A stretch of DNA of 64,000 nucleotides from positions 1 to 64,000 of the IMG/VR virus record IMGVR_UViG_3300029288_000152. One strand, 5' to 3'. Positions 42,498 to 52,715 of the stretch are shown in pieces. The position numbers and the translations under genes are program-made. The stretch comes from a virus. Lineage: Duplodnaviria; Caudoviricetes. Numbering within the stretch: the stretch's first letter is position 1; each line of letters begins with the position of its first letter. The notes beneath the pieces are model-generated. The model was not told the DNA's origin. It saw only the letters and a list, made by a program, of their open reading frames with translations, and did no database searches.

Positions 42498-45371
42498 CTA
42501 ACGAGCACGAGCCGACGAGATGATCCCGGTCTCATCCAAGATGGTCACTATCGTCCGATCCCACATCGGAAACTTCGCGCACGCTCGAAGTTCATCGATC
42601 TCACCCTGAAGTGTCTTGATCGCGTTCACGACTGCCGCCAGCACTGGACGATCATTGAAGGTGTACCAGCCCCTTAAGTCTTTCCCCACCGCTTGGGGAA
42701 TGTACCGCATCACATTCTGGGCTGAGAACCCTGCGTACGTGTTGATCGTATCCAATCCCGACTCCTTCGTGTGTTTGTAGAGAATAGGCACCACACATAG
42801 AAGTTCGGCCAACCCTGCACCGAACGGCCCTTGAATGTCCTTCAGCCGTTCGTCAGACACGGCAGTAATCAGGCCAGCCGCGTCGGTTGTGAGGGTACCT
42901 GCCCCGTACTGGGTGAACTTGATCAACGAGGTCGCGCCCACAAGCCGGAGTTGCTCTGTAAGGGCATCTCCCGTGTTGTTGTAGTAGATGAGATCGGATT
43001 TGAGCGTGCCCACGGCTGTCGCTTGAGCACGATAGAGACCGAGACCGTTCGCGTTCGCGGGGGCACCCGTCCCCACCAAGAAGTAGAACGTGGCACCAGC
43101 CCCACTCGTGGCGTCCGTGTTCCGCATGATGAGGTCGGTCACGGCTCCGCCCACGCTGGTCTGAGACAAGTCCAGCAGGGCTTGCGGAGCCACGATGTTC
43201 ATCCCCACAAACCCTGCGCTATCAATCGTCACCCGCACCGCGCCGTTGGTCGCCAGTTGTGTCGGGTACGCGCCTGAATGTCCAAACACGGCAGCGTATG
43301 CCGATGATCCGGTGAAGTACCCCGCTCCGACACTTCGCTCCGCTCCAACGTAGACGTTCCCTCCGGTGTTGTTGTAGAGCGTTCCAACCTTGTTCGTCCC
43401 TGTGGAACTCACGAGATAGAGTTGGGCGGTGGCCGCTTCGAGGTGCAGCAAGATCAGGGGATTTACCGTGCCAATCCCTACCAAGCCGCCCTTGAAGTAG
43501 ATCCCCGCCGTGCTGGACGGTCCTACCCATGATTCAGCGGCAGTGGTATGTGCAGCAACCGCAGTAGTAGTCAGCCCTGTAATAGTTGGGGTCACTGACC
43601 ATGCTACGTCTGTCCCATTACTGGTTAGTACCGAATTGGCGGCCCCAACCACCAGTTCCGCCCACTTGGGCGTCGAGTTCCCATAGATGAGTGAGCCACG
43701 GGAAACGTCATCAGCTACTGAATCACTGTGGACCGATCCGTCCAGCAGGGCGTGAGCAGTAGCAGGCCATGTCGCAGGATTTGCGTGTTGATGATCTCGC
43801 CGCGCTGCTACAACAGCCGTTCCTACACCAGCCGCATCACTAGGCGCATTGGTGGTTGGAACGGTGGCATCGAAGAGGGCCTTCCAAGATGGACGGGTCT
43901 CACCATTCGCCACAGCCAGATGATTGATCAGTCCAGCCGCAGGAACGGAAATGGCCAAGCGACTCCATTTAGGAGTCACATTCCCAATGAGGACATCGCC
44001 ATCAAGCACTGAATCTACTAAAGTGTCCCCATGCGTGGCGCTCAGGACATCATGGGCCACCCATGCTCCCAATGCAGCCCATGCAGGCAGCGCAGCAGCC
44101 CCAGCACTGGTCAGCACCTCTCCTACGTTACCAACCCCCACCACATTCTGGAACGCTCCAGTCGCGGTCGTGCCTGCACAGATGACACTATAGGCAGTGA
44201 ATGTGCTCGCTCCAGTCCCCCCATCAGCCACAGGGACATCCGTGCCACTGGCCCGATAGACATAGGCCCCACCAATGGTCACAGCAGTGGGAATGTCTGT
44301 CAGCCAGAGGACATCAGTAGCATTTGAGCCTAGCAGTGAGTTGGCAGCAAAGGCAAGTCGTGCCCATTTGGGAGTCGCATTGCCATACAAGACATCGCCA
44401 CGAATCACGGTGTCTGCAAGCGTGTCAGTATGGGTATCTGAAAGCACCACATGAGCTACAGCAGGCACGGCTTGGAAACTGGCGGCAAGTGTGGCCCCAT
44501 TGCTAGTCAGAACATGACCAGCAGTGCTCGGAGCAATCACCCCAAGGACATTGGCAGCGGTTGCAGTGGGAATATCTCCTTTGGCAAAGGTGTCAGGAAT
44601 GGTGAATGTAGAGTAGGCTGGTACTGTACTGGTACCTGCTGATCTCAGCAGCTTCCCTGCTGCTACTGCAGTAATGGATCCACCAGTATTGGTGGTGGTC
44701 GCTACAAAGAGGTCGCCAGTGGTCATCACGTTGGGGAGAACTAAGGTAGACCATTCAGGAGCAGTGGCTGCACCCGCCCCTCTTAGATAGCGCCCAGCCA
44801 ACCCTGCAGAAAGGCGGGACCAGGCGTTGAGGGCTGATCCATACAAGAGATCGCCTACAGCTACCGCAGTCTGTTCTGTGCCTCCCTGAGTCGCATCCAA
44901 GGCTCCCGTGCAGTCTGTCGCCAGATCCACGAGGCTCCACGCAGGAATCGCTCCCACTCCCCCTGAATGGAGCGTTCGATACACGGCCACATCTACCACA
45001 CTCCCAATGGTATTGGTATCGGTCGCAATGAGGATGTCACCCTTGACGGCTGCATTAGGCAGGGTGAGGGTGGACCAGAGGGGAGCAGTGGCTAATCCCC
45101 CGCTTCTCAGGTACTTCCCAGCCGTGACATCAGCGAGTTTGGAGAGGGTAGTAGCGCCACTAGCATAGATCAAGTCCCCCACCGTGTAGCTCGTGATGTA
45201 GGTTCCACCGTTGGCCACGGTCAGGGGGAAGATCCCACTCGTCATGTCAAAGGTGACGACCAGCGCCCCAGAGGCCAGATCCGCGAACAACCGTTGAAAG
45301 TTGTCGTTGATGGCCTCGATCATCTCTTGGGTGATCGGCCACGTGATCTTATCTAGCGCTCGACATGTCAC
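42498..45371 (-). CDS. Tail fibre with a C-terminal intramolecular chaperone (peptidase S74-like)
   Basis: About 8 GD[LIV][LIF]...G repeats; C-terminal SDERLKDI...GFSAQNV. Confidence 0.85.
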   Translation of the reverse strand: MTCRALDKITWPITQEMIEAINDNFQRLFADLASGALVVTFDMTSGIFPLTVANGGTYITSYTVGDLIYASGATTLSKLADVTAGKYLRSGGLATAPLWSTLTLPNAAVKGDILIATDTNTIGSVVDVAVYRTLHSGGVGAIPAWSLVDLATDCTGALDATQGGTEQTAVAVGDLLYGSALNAWSRLSAGLAGRYLRGAGAATAPEWSTLVLPNVMTTGDLFVATTTNTGGSITAVAAGKLLRSAGTSTVPAYSTFTIPDTFAKGDIPTATAANVLGVIAPSTAGHVLTSNGATLAASFQAVPAVAHVVLSDTHTDTLADTVIRGDVLYGNATPKWARLAFAANSLLGSNATDVLWLTDIPTAVTIGGAYVYRASGTDVPVADGGTGASTFTAYSVICAGTTATGAFQNVVGVGNVGEVLTSAGAAALPAWAALGAWVAHDVLSATHGDTLVDSVLDGDVLIGNVTPKWSRLAISVPAAGLINHLAVANGETRPSWKALFDATVPTTNAPSDAAGVGTAVVAARRDHQHANPATWPATAHALLDGSVHSDSVADDVSRGSLIYGNSTPKWAELVVGAANSVLTSNGTDVAWSVTPTITGLTTTAVAAHTTAAESWVGPSSTAGIYFKGGLVGIGTVNPLILLHLEAATAQLYLVSSTGTNKVGTLYNNTGGNVYVGAERSVGAGYFTGSSAYAAVFGHSGAYPTQLATNGAVRVTIDSAGFVGMNIVAPQALLDLSQTSVGGAVTDLIMRNTDATSGAGATFYFLVGTGAPANANGLGLYRAQATAVGTLKSDLIYYNNTGDALTEQLRLVGATSLIKFTQYGAGTLTTDAAGLITAVSDERLKDIQGPFGAGLAELLCVVPILYKHTKESGLDTINTYAGFSAQNVMRYIPQAVGKDLRGWYTFNDRPVLAAVVNAIKTLQGEIDELRACAKFPMWDRTIVTILDETGIISSARAR

Positions 45372-46939
45372 CGGCGTCCCACCTCAAAGAAGGGTAGTTC
45401 AATGCCGTAGATTTCGCACCCGACCCCAGTAGCTTGGCTGAGATTGAGTTGCACAAATCGGCCCTGCCCCAGACGGCGGAGGCGCTCCCGGCCCAGTGTG
45501 AGGGTGTGCGAGATGGCCGTTCCCGCTGATGCCGCCAGAGAGCCCACCTTGGGCGTGATGGTCAAGGTACCAGAGCCCTGAATCTTGGAGATGATGGTCG
45601 GTTCAAGCCACACCTTCTCAATGTCTGGAGTATTGGCAGACCAGAATGGCGTATCCACCAGCATCGCCACGGCGGTCGATGCCCCATCCACGTAGGACCC
45701 GGCATTGTCCTTCCAGAGGAAGCCATTGCTGCTCCCAATGACAGGAAGCAGGACATCATTGCTGTCATTGAGTTGACTGCCACAGGTGGGCGTAAACTCA
45801 CTCGTCAAGTGTGGCCCCCACCACGTATCGTCATCGATGTTCCACTCGATCCAGCGGTTGATCGTGGTTCCACCCGTAGCGGCTAGGAACAGTTGATACG
45901 TGTTCCCCACCGGATCGTAGCGGCTGAAGGCATTGACAAACTGCCCACGATTGAAGTAGGTGTCCGTCGAGAACCACGACTTGACCTTGGCATCGGAGAC
46001 ACAGGCCAACCCCCCGGAGCCATAGGTATAGATACCGGGAGGGTTGCCGAGGAAGATCAGTTGATCGCGGATCACTTGCACAGACTCATGGGAGAGGATG
46101 CCGTAACCCTCGGCCACGCCAGAGCGTGTAAAGTTGGCTTCCTCCGTCCCGGTGATCTTGTGCAGGGAATCCAACCGCGAGACCACTAACTCATCCCGGC
46201 GGGGGACAATGGCCGTGATCCCGACCTGATCCTTCCCCTTGGGGGGAATGGGAATGGAGTTGTCCGCAGGCCACGCGTAGAACTTGCCATTGGATGACCA
46301 GCGGAGGTCATCGAGTTCCACGCTCGTCCGCCCCCAGAGGCGGTTCTTCCACGGTTGAATGATTTCCAAGTAGTTGGGAGCCACACCCAAGTCTGTCGGA
46401 GCCGCGACGAGGCTCAGGGAATCATCCGCTAATCCATCCGTGACGCTATCGGAGGAATTGTCATCAATGTCAATCCAAGGGTAGAAGGTGGATCCCCCCG
46501 CCGTCGTGCGATAGAGCCCTCGGGCGTTAACACAGCTATCCGCGCTCAGGGGCACGCCATTGGCGACCAAGAGTTGGGCTGCTAGGGCTGCACTGGCTGC
46601 CGAGGTCGGGCCAAAGTCAGACTCGTAGAGCGTGGCCTTGGTAATCGGATCCTTGACCTTGAACGTGCAGGTGACGAGATACACCCCTGTCAAGCTGCCA
46701 CTTCCTGTCGCCGTCAGGACAGGGGCTGCCGCAGGCGGGCGAATCGTCAATGGGTAGACATTGCGATTGGTGTCAATCCACAATGGGCGAGACGGGGAAT
46801 TGACGACAAACGTGTTCTTGCCCAGCACGCACATGCGCGGAAACTCGGCACTGTTGATGGTCACACCAGTCGGGAGTGCTAGCGTAGCCGCCGTGCCATC
46901 CGTCTGCACGGCGAGGAGCGTTGCTCCGGCCTGGACCAC
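45368..46939 (-). CDS. Tail tubular/stabilisation-like protein (start uncertain)
   Basis: Beta-rich; C-terminal GCEIYGIEL pattern; lies upstream of the tail fibre; no SD at the GTG. Confidence 0.6.
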   Translation of the reverse strand: MVQAGATLLAVQTDGTAATLALPTGVTINSAEFPRMCVLGKNTFVVNSPSRPLWIDTNRNVYPLTIRPPAAAPVLTATGSGSLTGVYLVTCTFKVKDPITKATLYESDFGPTSAASAALAAQLLVANGVPLSADSCVNARGLYRTTAGGSTFYPWIDIDDNSSDSVTDGLADDSLSLVAAPTDLGVAPNYLEIIQPWKNRLWGRTSVELDDLRWSSNGKFYAWPADNSIPIPPKGKDQVGITAIVPRRDELVVSRLDSLHKITGTEEANFTRSGVAEGYGILSHESVQVIRDQLIFLGNPPGIYTYGSGGLACVSDAKVKSWFSTDTYFNRGQFVNAFSRYDPVGNTYQLFLAATGGTTINRWIEWNIDDDTWWGPHLTSEFTPTCGSQLNDSNDVLLPVIGSSNGFLWKDNAGSYVDGASTAVAMLVDTPFWSANTPDIEKVWLEPTIISKIQGSGTLTITPKVGSLAASAGTAISHTLTLGRERLRRLGQGRFVQLNLSQATGVGCEIYGIELPFFEVGRR

Positions 46940-46946
46940 CCAATAG

Positions 46947-47429
46947 CTAGAGATTTTGGTCCTCCCTTCCTAGTTTACCCCCATTGCATTGTTTCAGTTG
47001 AGACACCAAGACTGCTATTTTGCTAAACCGATCCGTACTGTCTTCCCGCTTAAACCTGCTCCAGCCTCCACGGAGTACCTTCCTAGCATGTACTTGTTCC
47101 CTAATCGCTAGCGCAAGATCGATCTGCGGACGCTTTACTACAGCATAAGGACGGATAGCTCTGTAAAAATCTTCCGCTTTCTGACAAGTAACAGACCACA
47201 CATGCAATGGCTTATTGCGGCCTGGGCGAACGAAGTGGCGTTCCAACAGGCTTCCACCAAATGCTGCTTGGAGGATGTCCAACGACTCTTTGTTTGTATT
47301 CCCTACAATAGCTTTCACTTGGTTGGACCTAGATCGGCTATAACTTGTTGGCGGAGCCTGTACACACCCTTCACCATCGAAGAATCCAGCAGCCCAAGCT
47401 AGAAACGTAGGTGACAAATCGCTTTGCAT
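46947..47429 (-). CDS. Free-standing single-motif LAGLIDADG homing endonuclease
   Basis: LAWAAGFFDGEGCV. Confidence 0.85.
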   Translation of the reverse strand: MQSDLSPTFLAWAAGFFDGEGCVQAPPTSYSRSRSNQVKAIVGNTNKESLDILQAAFGGSLLERHFVRPGRNKPLHVWSVTCQKAEDFYRAIRPYAVVKRPQIDLALAIREQVHARKVLRGGWSRFKREDSTDRFSKIAVLVSQLKQCNGGKLGREDQNL

Positions 47430-47433
47430 AATA

Positions 47434-48798
47434 TCACGTGATCACATAACCGATAAAGCCTCGAAGGTTGGTAAAGGTATCGACCTCCGTGAAGGTCGTG
47501 CCATCCGTTGAACGCAGGATAATGCCATCGCTGTCTGGATCGGTGGCTCCGGCTCCATCCGTCTCGGCAATGACCAAGTAGACTGCTGAACTGTCAGGCG
47601 CAAGGATTCCCTGTCCCAGTAAGTGCTGTGTGCGACTAGCTCCCAGTGTAGCCAATGTATAGACAGTGCTCCACGCCGAACCAGTGAATTTCCTCACTGT
47701 GATTCGGCTGGCCGTAGCCGCTGAGTCATCATAGCGCAGGGCAAAGAGGTTGGCCCCAAACACCGTCAAGCCTGAGTAGTGCGAGTAGCCCGCACCCGTG
47801 TTCCCCCCGTTGTCACTGACGGTATAGGCTCCTGCCGAGGATCGCACGTAACAGCGGACAGGACTCCCAATCGTGTCCACCCGGCATCCCACATAGAGCA
47901 AGCCCTTATAGCTCGCCATGCTGGAGACCACTTGATTGGCCGTCAAGGTCTCATCATCGGTCCATGAGGTATCCACCCCCGGACGGATGTAGTAGACATG
48001 GCCAGATTGCGATCCGGCATTGAGATAGGATGTCCCTGCCCAGAGCGAACCGGCATGAGAGGTCAGTGCCCAGACCACGCCTCCACTAAACTCCGTGGCC
48101 GCCACCGCTGCCGTGTAGCCAATCTGCTTGATGGCTCCCGTGACCGGATCGAACTCAAAGACCCGGCTATTGAGCAGGGGAGCCGCTCCCCCATCGAGCG
48201 TGGAGAAGTAGAGCTTGTTATCGTGCAAGCACATGGCGATGATGGCTTGCGCCGTCGTGGTGGCTCCCACGGCAATGTTCTTAGGGGCATAGCCTACAAC
48301 GGAATCAGTCGTCCCATCCCAGCAATGGATAGTGGGATCTGAGTAGCTCGCCGTGGGGTAGACAACGTAATCACTGCCCGCATAGTAGAGCTTGTTCTTG
48401 AAGCTCACCATCGCAGCGTTGCTGATCACGCCCGTGGTCTGGTTGCTGGATGCGAACTGCGACTTGACAGGAGCCGTCGTGTTGCTGGCCCATGTCGTAC
48501 CATTGGTCGATGTGCGCCACAGGGTGGACTTACCCGTGTCAATGCCAGCATAGAGCGTGACGGTCGGCGTATAGGCAAAGGGGAGATTGATCGCGCCCTT
48601 GACTGTCCCTCCACTCGCAAAGGCGGTCGAGTTCAGCTTGGCTAGTCCATCGCGCTTCCGCAGCGTTCCGGCCTCACCCAGATCGTCTGCGACGGCATTC
48701 TGGGCCTTGGTCAGTTCCTGAGGACTCAGATGGACGGCGCTCTTGACGACGTTGACACCCTTCGTGCCCAAGCCGTAGAGATCGATTTTCCCGCCCAT
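47434..48798 (-). CDS. Virion protein: stabilisation-like N-terminus plus beta-propeller
   Basis: GVNVVKS...ELTKAQN...LRKRDG N-terminus; repeated LY[AFV] blades and S-T-D/N-G-T-T-W/F boxes. Confidence 0.6.
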   Translation of the reverse strand: MGGKIDLYGLGTKGVNVVKSAVHLSPQELTKAQNAVADDLGEAGTLRKRDGLAKLNSTAFASGGTVKGAINLPFAYTPTVTLYAGIDTGKSTLWRTSTNGTTWASNTTAPVKSQFASSNQTTGVISNAAMVSFKNKLYYAGSDYVVYPTASYSDPTIHCWDGTTDSVVGYAPKNIAVGATTTAQAIIAMCLHDNKLYFSTLDGGAAPLLNSRVFEFDPVTGAIKQIGYTAAVAATEFSGGVVWALTSHAGSLWAGTSYLNAGSQSGHVYYIRPGVDTSWTDDETLTANQVVSSMASYKGLLYVGCRVDTIGSPVRCYVRSSAGAYTVSDNGGNTGAGYSHYSGLTVFGANLFALRYDDSAATASRITVRKFTGSAWSTVYTLATLGASRTQHLLGQGILAPDSSAVYLVIAETDGAGATDPDSDGIILRSTDGTTFTEVDTFTNLRGFIGYVIT

Positions 48799-48799
48799 A

Positions 48800-49078
48800 T
48801 CAATGGACCTTGGTGCCAAACTCCATGAGCAGATCCGTCAGGGCCTTCCCCACCTGCTCGCGATTGAAGTCCCGATCCTCCGCGTTTTCCATGCTGTACA
48901 TGACCATGAGGGTATGGCGTAGCAGCGTAAAGAGGGCTGATAGAACCTCCGCAGGCGTCGTCACATCCGGGATGGCCGCATGCTCCAATGCGGAGTGCAT
49001 GGCCTTGACCAGAGACGTGATCATGAATGGATCGGCGGACATCCGCACATCGTCAAGGGGCTGCTGATTGACTTGCAT
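48800..49078 (-). CDS. Hypothetical protein
   Basis: TGATG overlap with the upstream gene. Confidence 0.55.
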   Translation of the reverse strand: MQVNQQPLDDVRMSADPFMITSLVKAMHSALEHAAIPDVTTPAEVLSALFTLLRHTLMVMYSMENAEDRDFNREQVGKALTDLLMEFGTKVH

Positions 49079-49785
49079 CACCAATACCTCTGAAAGAAGG
49101 CATCGACCACAGCGGGTTCCTGATACTGCCTCAGTCCCAGCGATTGCAGGAGATGGGTCTTCTCCGTAGCGTAGATCGATAACCACGATGGATCGGGCGC
49201 ACGATCCTCCCGCTCCTTGGCCCGCGCAAACGCGACCGTCCACGCGACCAGCGCATTGTCCGCTTCGCCAGGGATAGGCACAGTGCTGGTACTCTCCAGA
49301 TCACCCAAAGACGGCACGTAGTAGAACGTGACATTCACATTACTGGTCGTTGCCGGAGCGGTGTAGATGATGGGAGCCGAGACGGGAGCGCCTTGTGATG
49401 CTACGGCGTAGTAGATGACTTCGTTGGACGGATCAATGGCATCCCGCGAGCGGGCCATCTGGAACGTCTCATGGTTGAATTCCAGCGGGGTGAAGATGAG
49501 TCCCACGTTGGCACTGGTGGAGGATGTGTCACGCGCCTCTAGGAGATAGACCTTGTGGACATCCGCAGGCACCCCAGACAACTGGTAGGCTCCCGCCACG
49601 AGGAAGACATCCGTATCGTTGACCTTCAGGTAGTGTTCTCCCTTCAAGTCCGCGATATCCCGCCAGAGATCCCGGATGCCTGCCGTGATGATCCCGACCA
49701 GCTCGGCAGAGGTCCAGAAACTGGCAGTCGTCTCCCCTAAGCGGAGGCGAGAAAGGGTTTCAATCGTTGAAACTAGCGTTGACAT
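49078..49785 (-). CDS. Head-to-tail adaptor-like protein
   Basis: Helical N-terminus (RLRLGE...FWTSAEL), beta middle and helical C-terminus; position. Confidence 0.6.
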   Translation of the reverse strand: MSTLVSTIETLSRLRLGETTASFWTSAELVGIITAGIRDLWRDIADLKGEHYLKVNDTDVFLVAGAYQLSGVPADVHKVYLLEARDTSSTSANVGLIFTPLEFNHETFQMARSRDAIDPSNEVIYYAVASQGAPVSAPIIYTAPATTSNVNVTFYYVPSLGDLESTSTVPIPGEADNALVAWTVAFARAKEREDRAPDPSWLSIYATEKTHLLQSLGLRQYQEPAVVDAFFQRYW

Positions 49786-49795
49786 GTATCCACCA

Positions 49796-49939
49796 CTATT
49801 CTGTGGTATAGATCAGGGTATAAGTACAGTTCTCCACCACCGCAATCCACGCCAACGTGCCCTTGTTCTCGACCATGGCGTTCAAGGCCGTTTCCAAGTC
49901 AGCAGGAGAATTGATGAGCGGGATCACATGATATTTCAT
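49796..49939 (-). CDS. Hypothetical 47-aa protein, not in the ORF track
   Basis: AGGAG SD; MKYHVIPLINSPADLETALNAMVENKGTLAWIAVVENCTYTLIYTTE*. Confidence 0.5.
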   Translation of the reverse strand: MKYHVIPLINSPADLETALNAMVENKGTLAWIAVVENCTYTLIYTTE

Positions 49940-49948
49940 GATTGACTC

Positions 49949-50383
49949 CTAACCCAGGTACTCGCCCCCAATGGAAAAGTCCATGGTGGCCGTCGCGACC
50001 GTGGCAATGACTCGCCACATCGCAGCCAGCGGTGCCGCTACATCCACGTTAGCCGTTTCCGTAATGCTAGGATAGATGGTCAGAGTTGTCGTGCCAGTGG
50101 CTGCAATGGCTGCAGTCGTGGCATTCGGAATATCTACCCAGTTGAGCGATGCAGGATCTTGGGCTTGCACTTTGACAGTCAAGGTGCCATTGGTGTGCCT
50201 ATCCGTGACATCAATGAAGAGCCGAACACCGCTGGCAGCAGAGTTCGCATAGGCGACACCCGTAAACACCCCGCTATCCGTTGTGTTCAAACGCGAGGCT
50301 GCCGGAAAGATGATCCCGGCCCGTTGAGCGCCTGTCGTCGCCGTAAGAGGCCCCGCTTGAGGAACAGGCCAGGCTTGTGCCAT
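49949..50383 (-). CDS. Putative virion decoration protein
   Basis: Thr/Ala-rich beta-sandwich-like composition. Confidence 0.55.
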   Translation of the reverse strand: MAQAWPVPQAGPLTATTGAQRAGIIFPAASRLNTTDSGVFTGVAYANSAASGVRLFIDVTDRHTNGTLTVKVQAQDPASLNWVDIPNATTAAIAATGTTTLTIYPSITETANVDVAAPLAAMWRVIATVATATMDFSIGGEYLG

Positions 50384-50455
50384 GAGTCAGTCCTTTTGAA
50401 AGTAGTCAGAACAGAGAGGTCCCCTCTAGGAGAGGACCCCTACTTAGATGCCCGG

Positions 50456-51085
50456 TTAGCCTTCGAGGAAGTCGAACTGGAACTCGAACTGATAACCAGC
50501 CGACTGCGAAGCCGCCCACTGGTAGATGGCGAACTGCTCGCCAGGGTTGATCACAATCGCCGGGTAGTTGATGCCAACACTCGACACGCCCGTTGAGAGG
50601 GTCGTCAGGTTCGTGATGGGACCAGATGCCGGAGCGCCCCACGAGAAGAGATAGGTGTCCTCAACCACACCGATGACGTTCCGATAGCGGGCGTGGCCAA
50701 CATAGCGCATAGCTGTCGTGGCCGCCGTCAGGGTCGCTGCGCCGAAATGAATCGTCGCACCCGATGTCCCAACTGACAGATTCGTGGCCACGGCGGTAAT
50801 TTCCGATCCACCTGAAGCATACCGCGTCGGGCCTTTGTCCAGTTCCTGGGTAAAGGCGACCGTCACCGCTGCCGTGCCTGCATTCTCCAGCTTGAGCCGC
50901 AGACCAATAGGTGCAATCACTTTCGATCCCCCATTATAGAGATGGAGGAGGGCCTTCGTCTTGTCCAGGGTCGTGGCTGCCGCATGGCCCACAATCGCGG
51001 TGCCTGGAGTCGTGTTGATACAGGTATAGACATTGCCCGCGACGGCAAGGCCATATTCCCGACCACCCACATTGATAATTGCCAT
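50456..51085 (-). CDS. Putative virion structural protein
   Basis: Beta-rich; late operon. Confidence 0.55.
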   Translation of the reverse strand: MAIINVGGREYGLAVAGNVYTCINTTPGTAIVGHAAATTLDKTKALLHLYNGGSKVIAPIGLRLKLENAGTAAVTVAFTQELDKGPTRYASGGSEITAVATNLSVGTSGATIHFGAATLTAATTAMRYVGHARYRNVIGVVEDTYLFSWGAPASGPITNLTTLSTGVSSVGINYPAIVINPGEQFAIYQWAASQSAGYQFEFQFDFLEG

Positions 51086-51148
51086 TGTTTGGGGTACCTT
51101 TCAGAAAGGAGTGGGACAGCCCCAGCCGTCCCACCCATGTTAGAGTCT

Positions 51149-51514
51149 CTAGCCGACTTCGATGAATTTGTCAAGGGCCAAGAGGACGCTGGGTTCAATG
51201 GAGAACCCATCCCCCGGCAGCTTGATGATATCACTGTCTAGCTCAACTTCCTGTCCCATGAGTTCATTGAGGTCTGCGAGGAATGGTCCCATGTTCTTGG
51301 AGCCAGGTTGAATCTGGATGTTCTCACCCTTCTCGTCTGGTTCGCCATACTGTTTGACCAGTCCCTGTCGAACCTCCTCAATGATGGTCAGTTGGTCGTT
51401 GAGCTTCCGTGCCAATCGTGCCAACCAGTAGCTCACCTTGACGGGCAGGCGTTCCTTCATGAGCGTCTGGAGCGCCTCACGAGCGTTGAAGATGTCTCCG
51501 TTCGTCACTTTCAT
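51149..51514 (-). CDS. Conserved phage hypothetical protein
   Basis: LPVKVSYWLAR...LVKQYGE. Confidence 0.6.
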   Translation of the reverse strand: MKVTNGDIFNAREALQTLMKERLPVKVSYWLARLARKLNDQLTIIEEVRQGLVKQYGEPDEKGENIQIQPGSKNMGPFLADLNELMGQEVELDSDIIKLPGDGFSIEPSVLLALDKFIEVG

Positions 51515-51569
51515 GCGAGTCTCCGATACGAGAGGGAGGGGCGGAACCCCTCCCCACAGTTACGCTAAA

Positions 51570-52658
51570 TTAGGTTCGGAACACGTCACCCGAATCACCC
51601 GTGGCATCCGATGCCGGTTCGCCGTAGTTTCCAGCCATTCGTACCGTGGTCGGAACAATACACGCATCCCCAGCCGCACCAAAGGTCTTGGCATTCGTGC
51701 CCTGACTGATACACGCAAAGACGTTGTTGGAGATCACCCCAGCCGTCCCTGCACCCAGTGAGATATACCGGGCCGCAGTGGGGGAGGTCGCATAGGCAGG
51801 CACATCAACGGTCCCAAACACGTTTCCGTCGATCACCAGTCCAAGAACCCCATCAGCCGCCACATAGATATCCGCATCTACGGTCGTGTTGACCGCCGAG
51901 TAGAACCGATTGCCCAGGATCTTCAGATCGCGGGGAACACTGATACTCGTCGAGAGCATCCCAATCCCACAGCGGCAATCGAAGAAGTCATTGTTGGCAA
52001 TCGTGACATACCAACAAGATCCCGCAGACCAGTAGATCGCCCCACCGGTGTTGGCTGCCGCAGTACTCTTGCAGTTCTTGAAGTGACAACCGGAGATAAT
52101 GGCTCCCCCAGCATCCTTCGCGGACCCATCAGCCAGCAACTTGATCCCACCACCAGTCGCCCCAGCCCCGTTGATCGTAAAGTTATCAATCAACACGCCC
52201 GGCGCTTCAATGGTAATGAGTGGGTTGGTGGTTGTGGTGCCCTTACGAATGCAGGGCTGACCCATCTGCGACGTGCCATTCCCCACACCCACAAGCCGAA
52301 GACCGTCCAACCCGGCGGTAATCGTAATGTCGCCCAAGTAGCCGGGAGGATCATCCGCCGTGCCCGCCGCAACCCCAGCCGTATCAATGTCTCTGGCACG
52401 AACTAGGATGGTATCCCCATGAGCCGCTGCCGCTACCGCGAGCTGAATGGTTGAGTAGGGCAGACGGGTATCCGTCGCGCTGCCGTGGTCATAATCCACG
52501 AGCAGGGTATTCCCAAACGCAGGAGCATTCGAAATGGCGGACACATTTCCGCCAAGGTTCATATAGACCTTGCCCCCGTAAATGCCAATCCCACCAGCGG
52601 TCGGCAGATTCAACAGGTCTGCCAGTGCCGCTACTTTCTGGATATATCGTGTTGCCAT
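51570..52658 (-). CDS. Right-handed beta-helix (pectin lyase-like) virion protein
   Basis: PYSTIQLAVAAAAHGDTILV; repeated I..N.F rungs. Confidence 0.65.
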   Translation of the reverse strand: MATRYIQKVAALADLLNLPTAGGIGIYGGKVYMNLGGNVSAISNAPAFGNTLLVDYDHGSATDTRLPYSTIQLAVAAAAHGDTILVRARDIDTAGVAAGTADDPPGYLGDITITAGLDGLRLVGVGNGTSQMGQPCIRKGTTTTNPLITIEAPGVLIDNFTINGAGATGGGIKLLADGSAKDAGGAIISGCHFKNCKSTAAANTGGAIYWSAGSCWYVTIANNDFFDCRCGIGMLSTSISVPRDLKILGNRFYSAVNTTVDADIYVAADGVLGLVIDGNVFGTVDVPAYATSPTAARYISLGAGTAGVISNNVFACISQGTNAKTFGAAGDACIVPTTVRMAGNYGEPASDATGDSGDVFRT

Positions 52659-52674
52659 TGTTCGGGATTCCTTT

Positions 52675-52710
52675 CAAAAGAGAGGAGCGGAGTCCCGGCC
52701 CCGCCCCTCT
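52675..52710 (-). terminator. Possible intrinsic terminator
   Basis: 12-bp stem 52681-52692/52699-52710 (two G-U pairs) followed on the - strand by CTTTTG. Confidence 0.45.
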
Positions 52711-52715
52711 TGAGG

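Noticed and set aside
46947-47429. Group I intron housing the LAGLIDADG ORF
   Set aside because: Only 4-7 non-coding nt flank the ORF, which is too little for an intron core.
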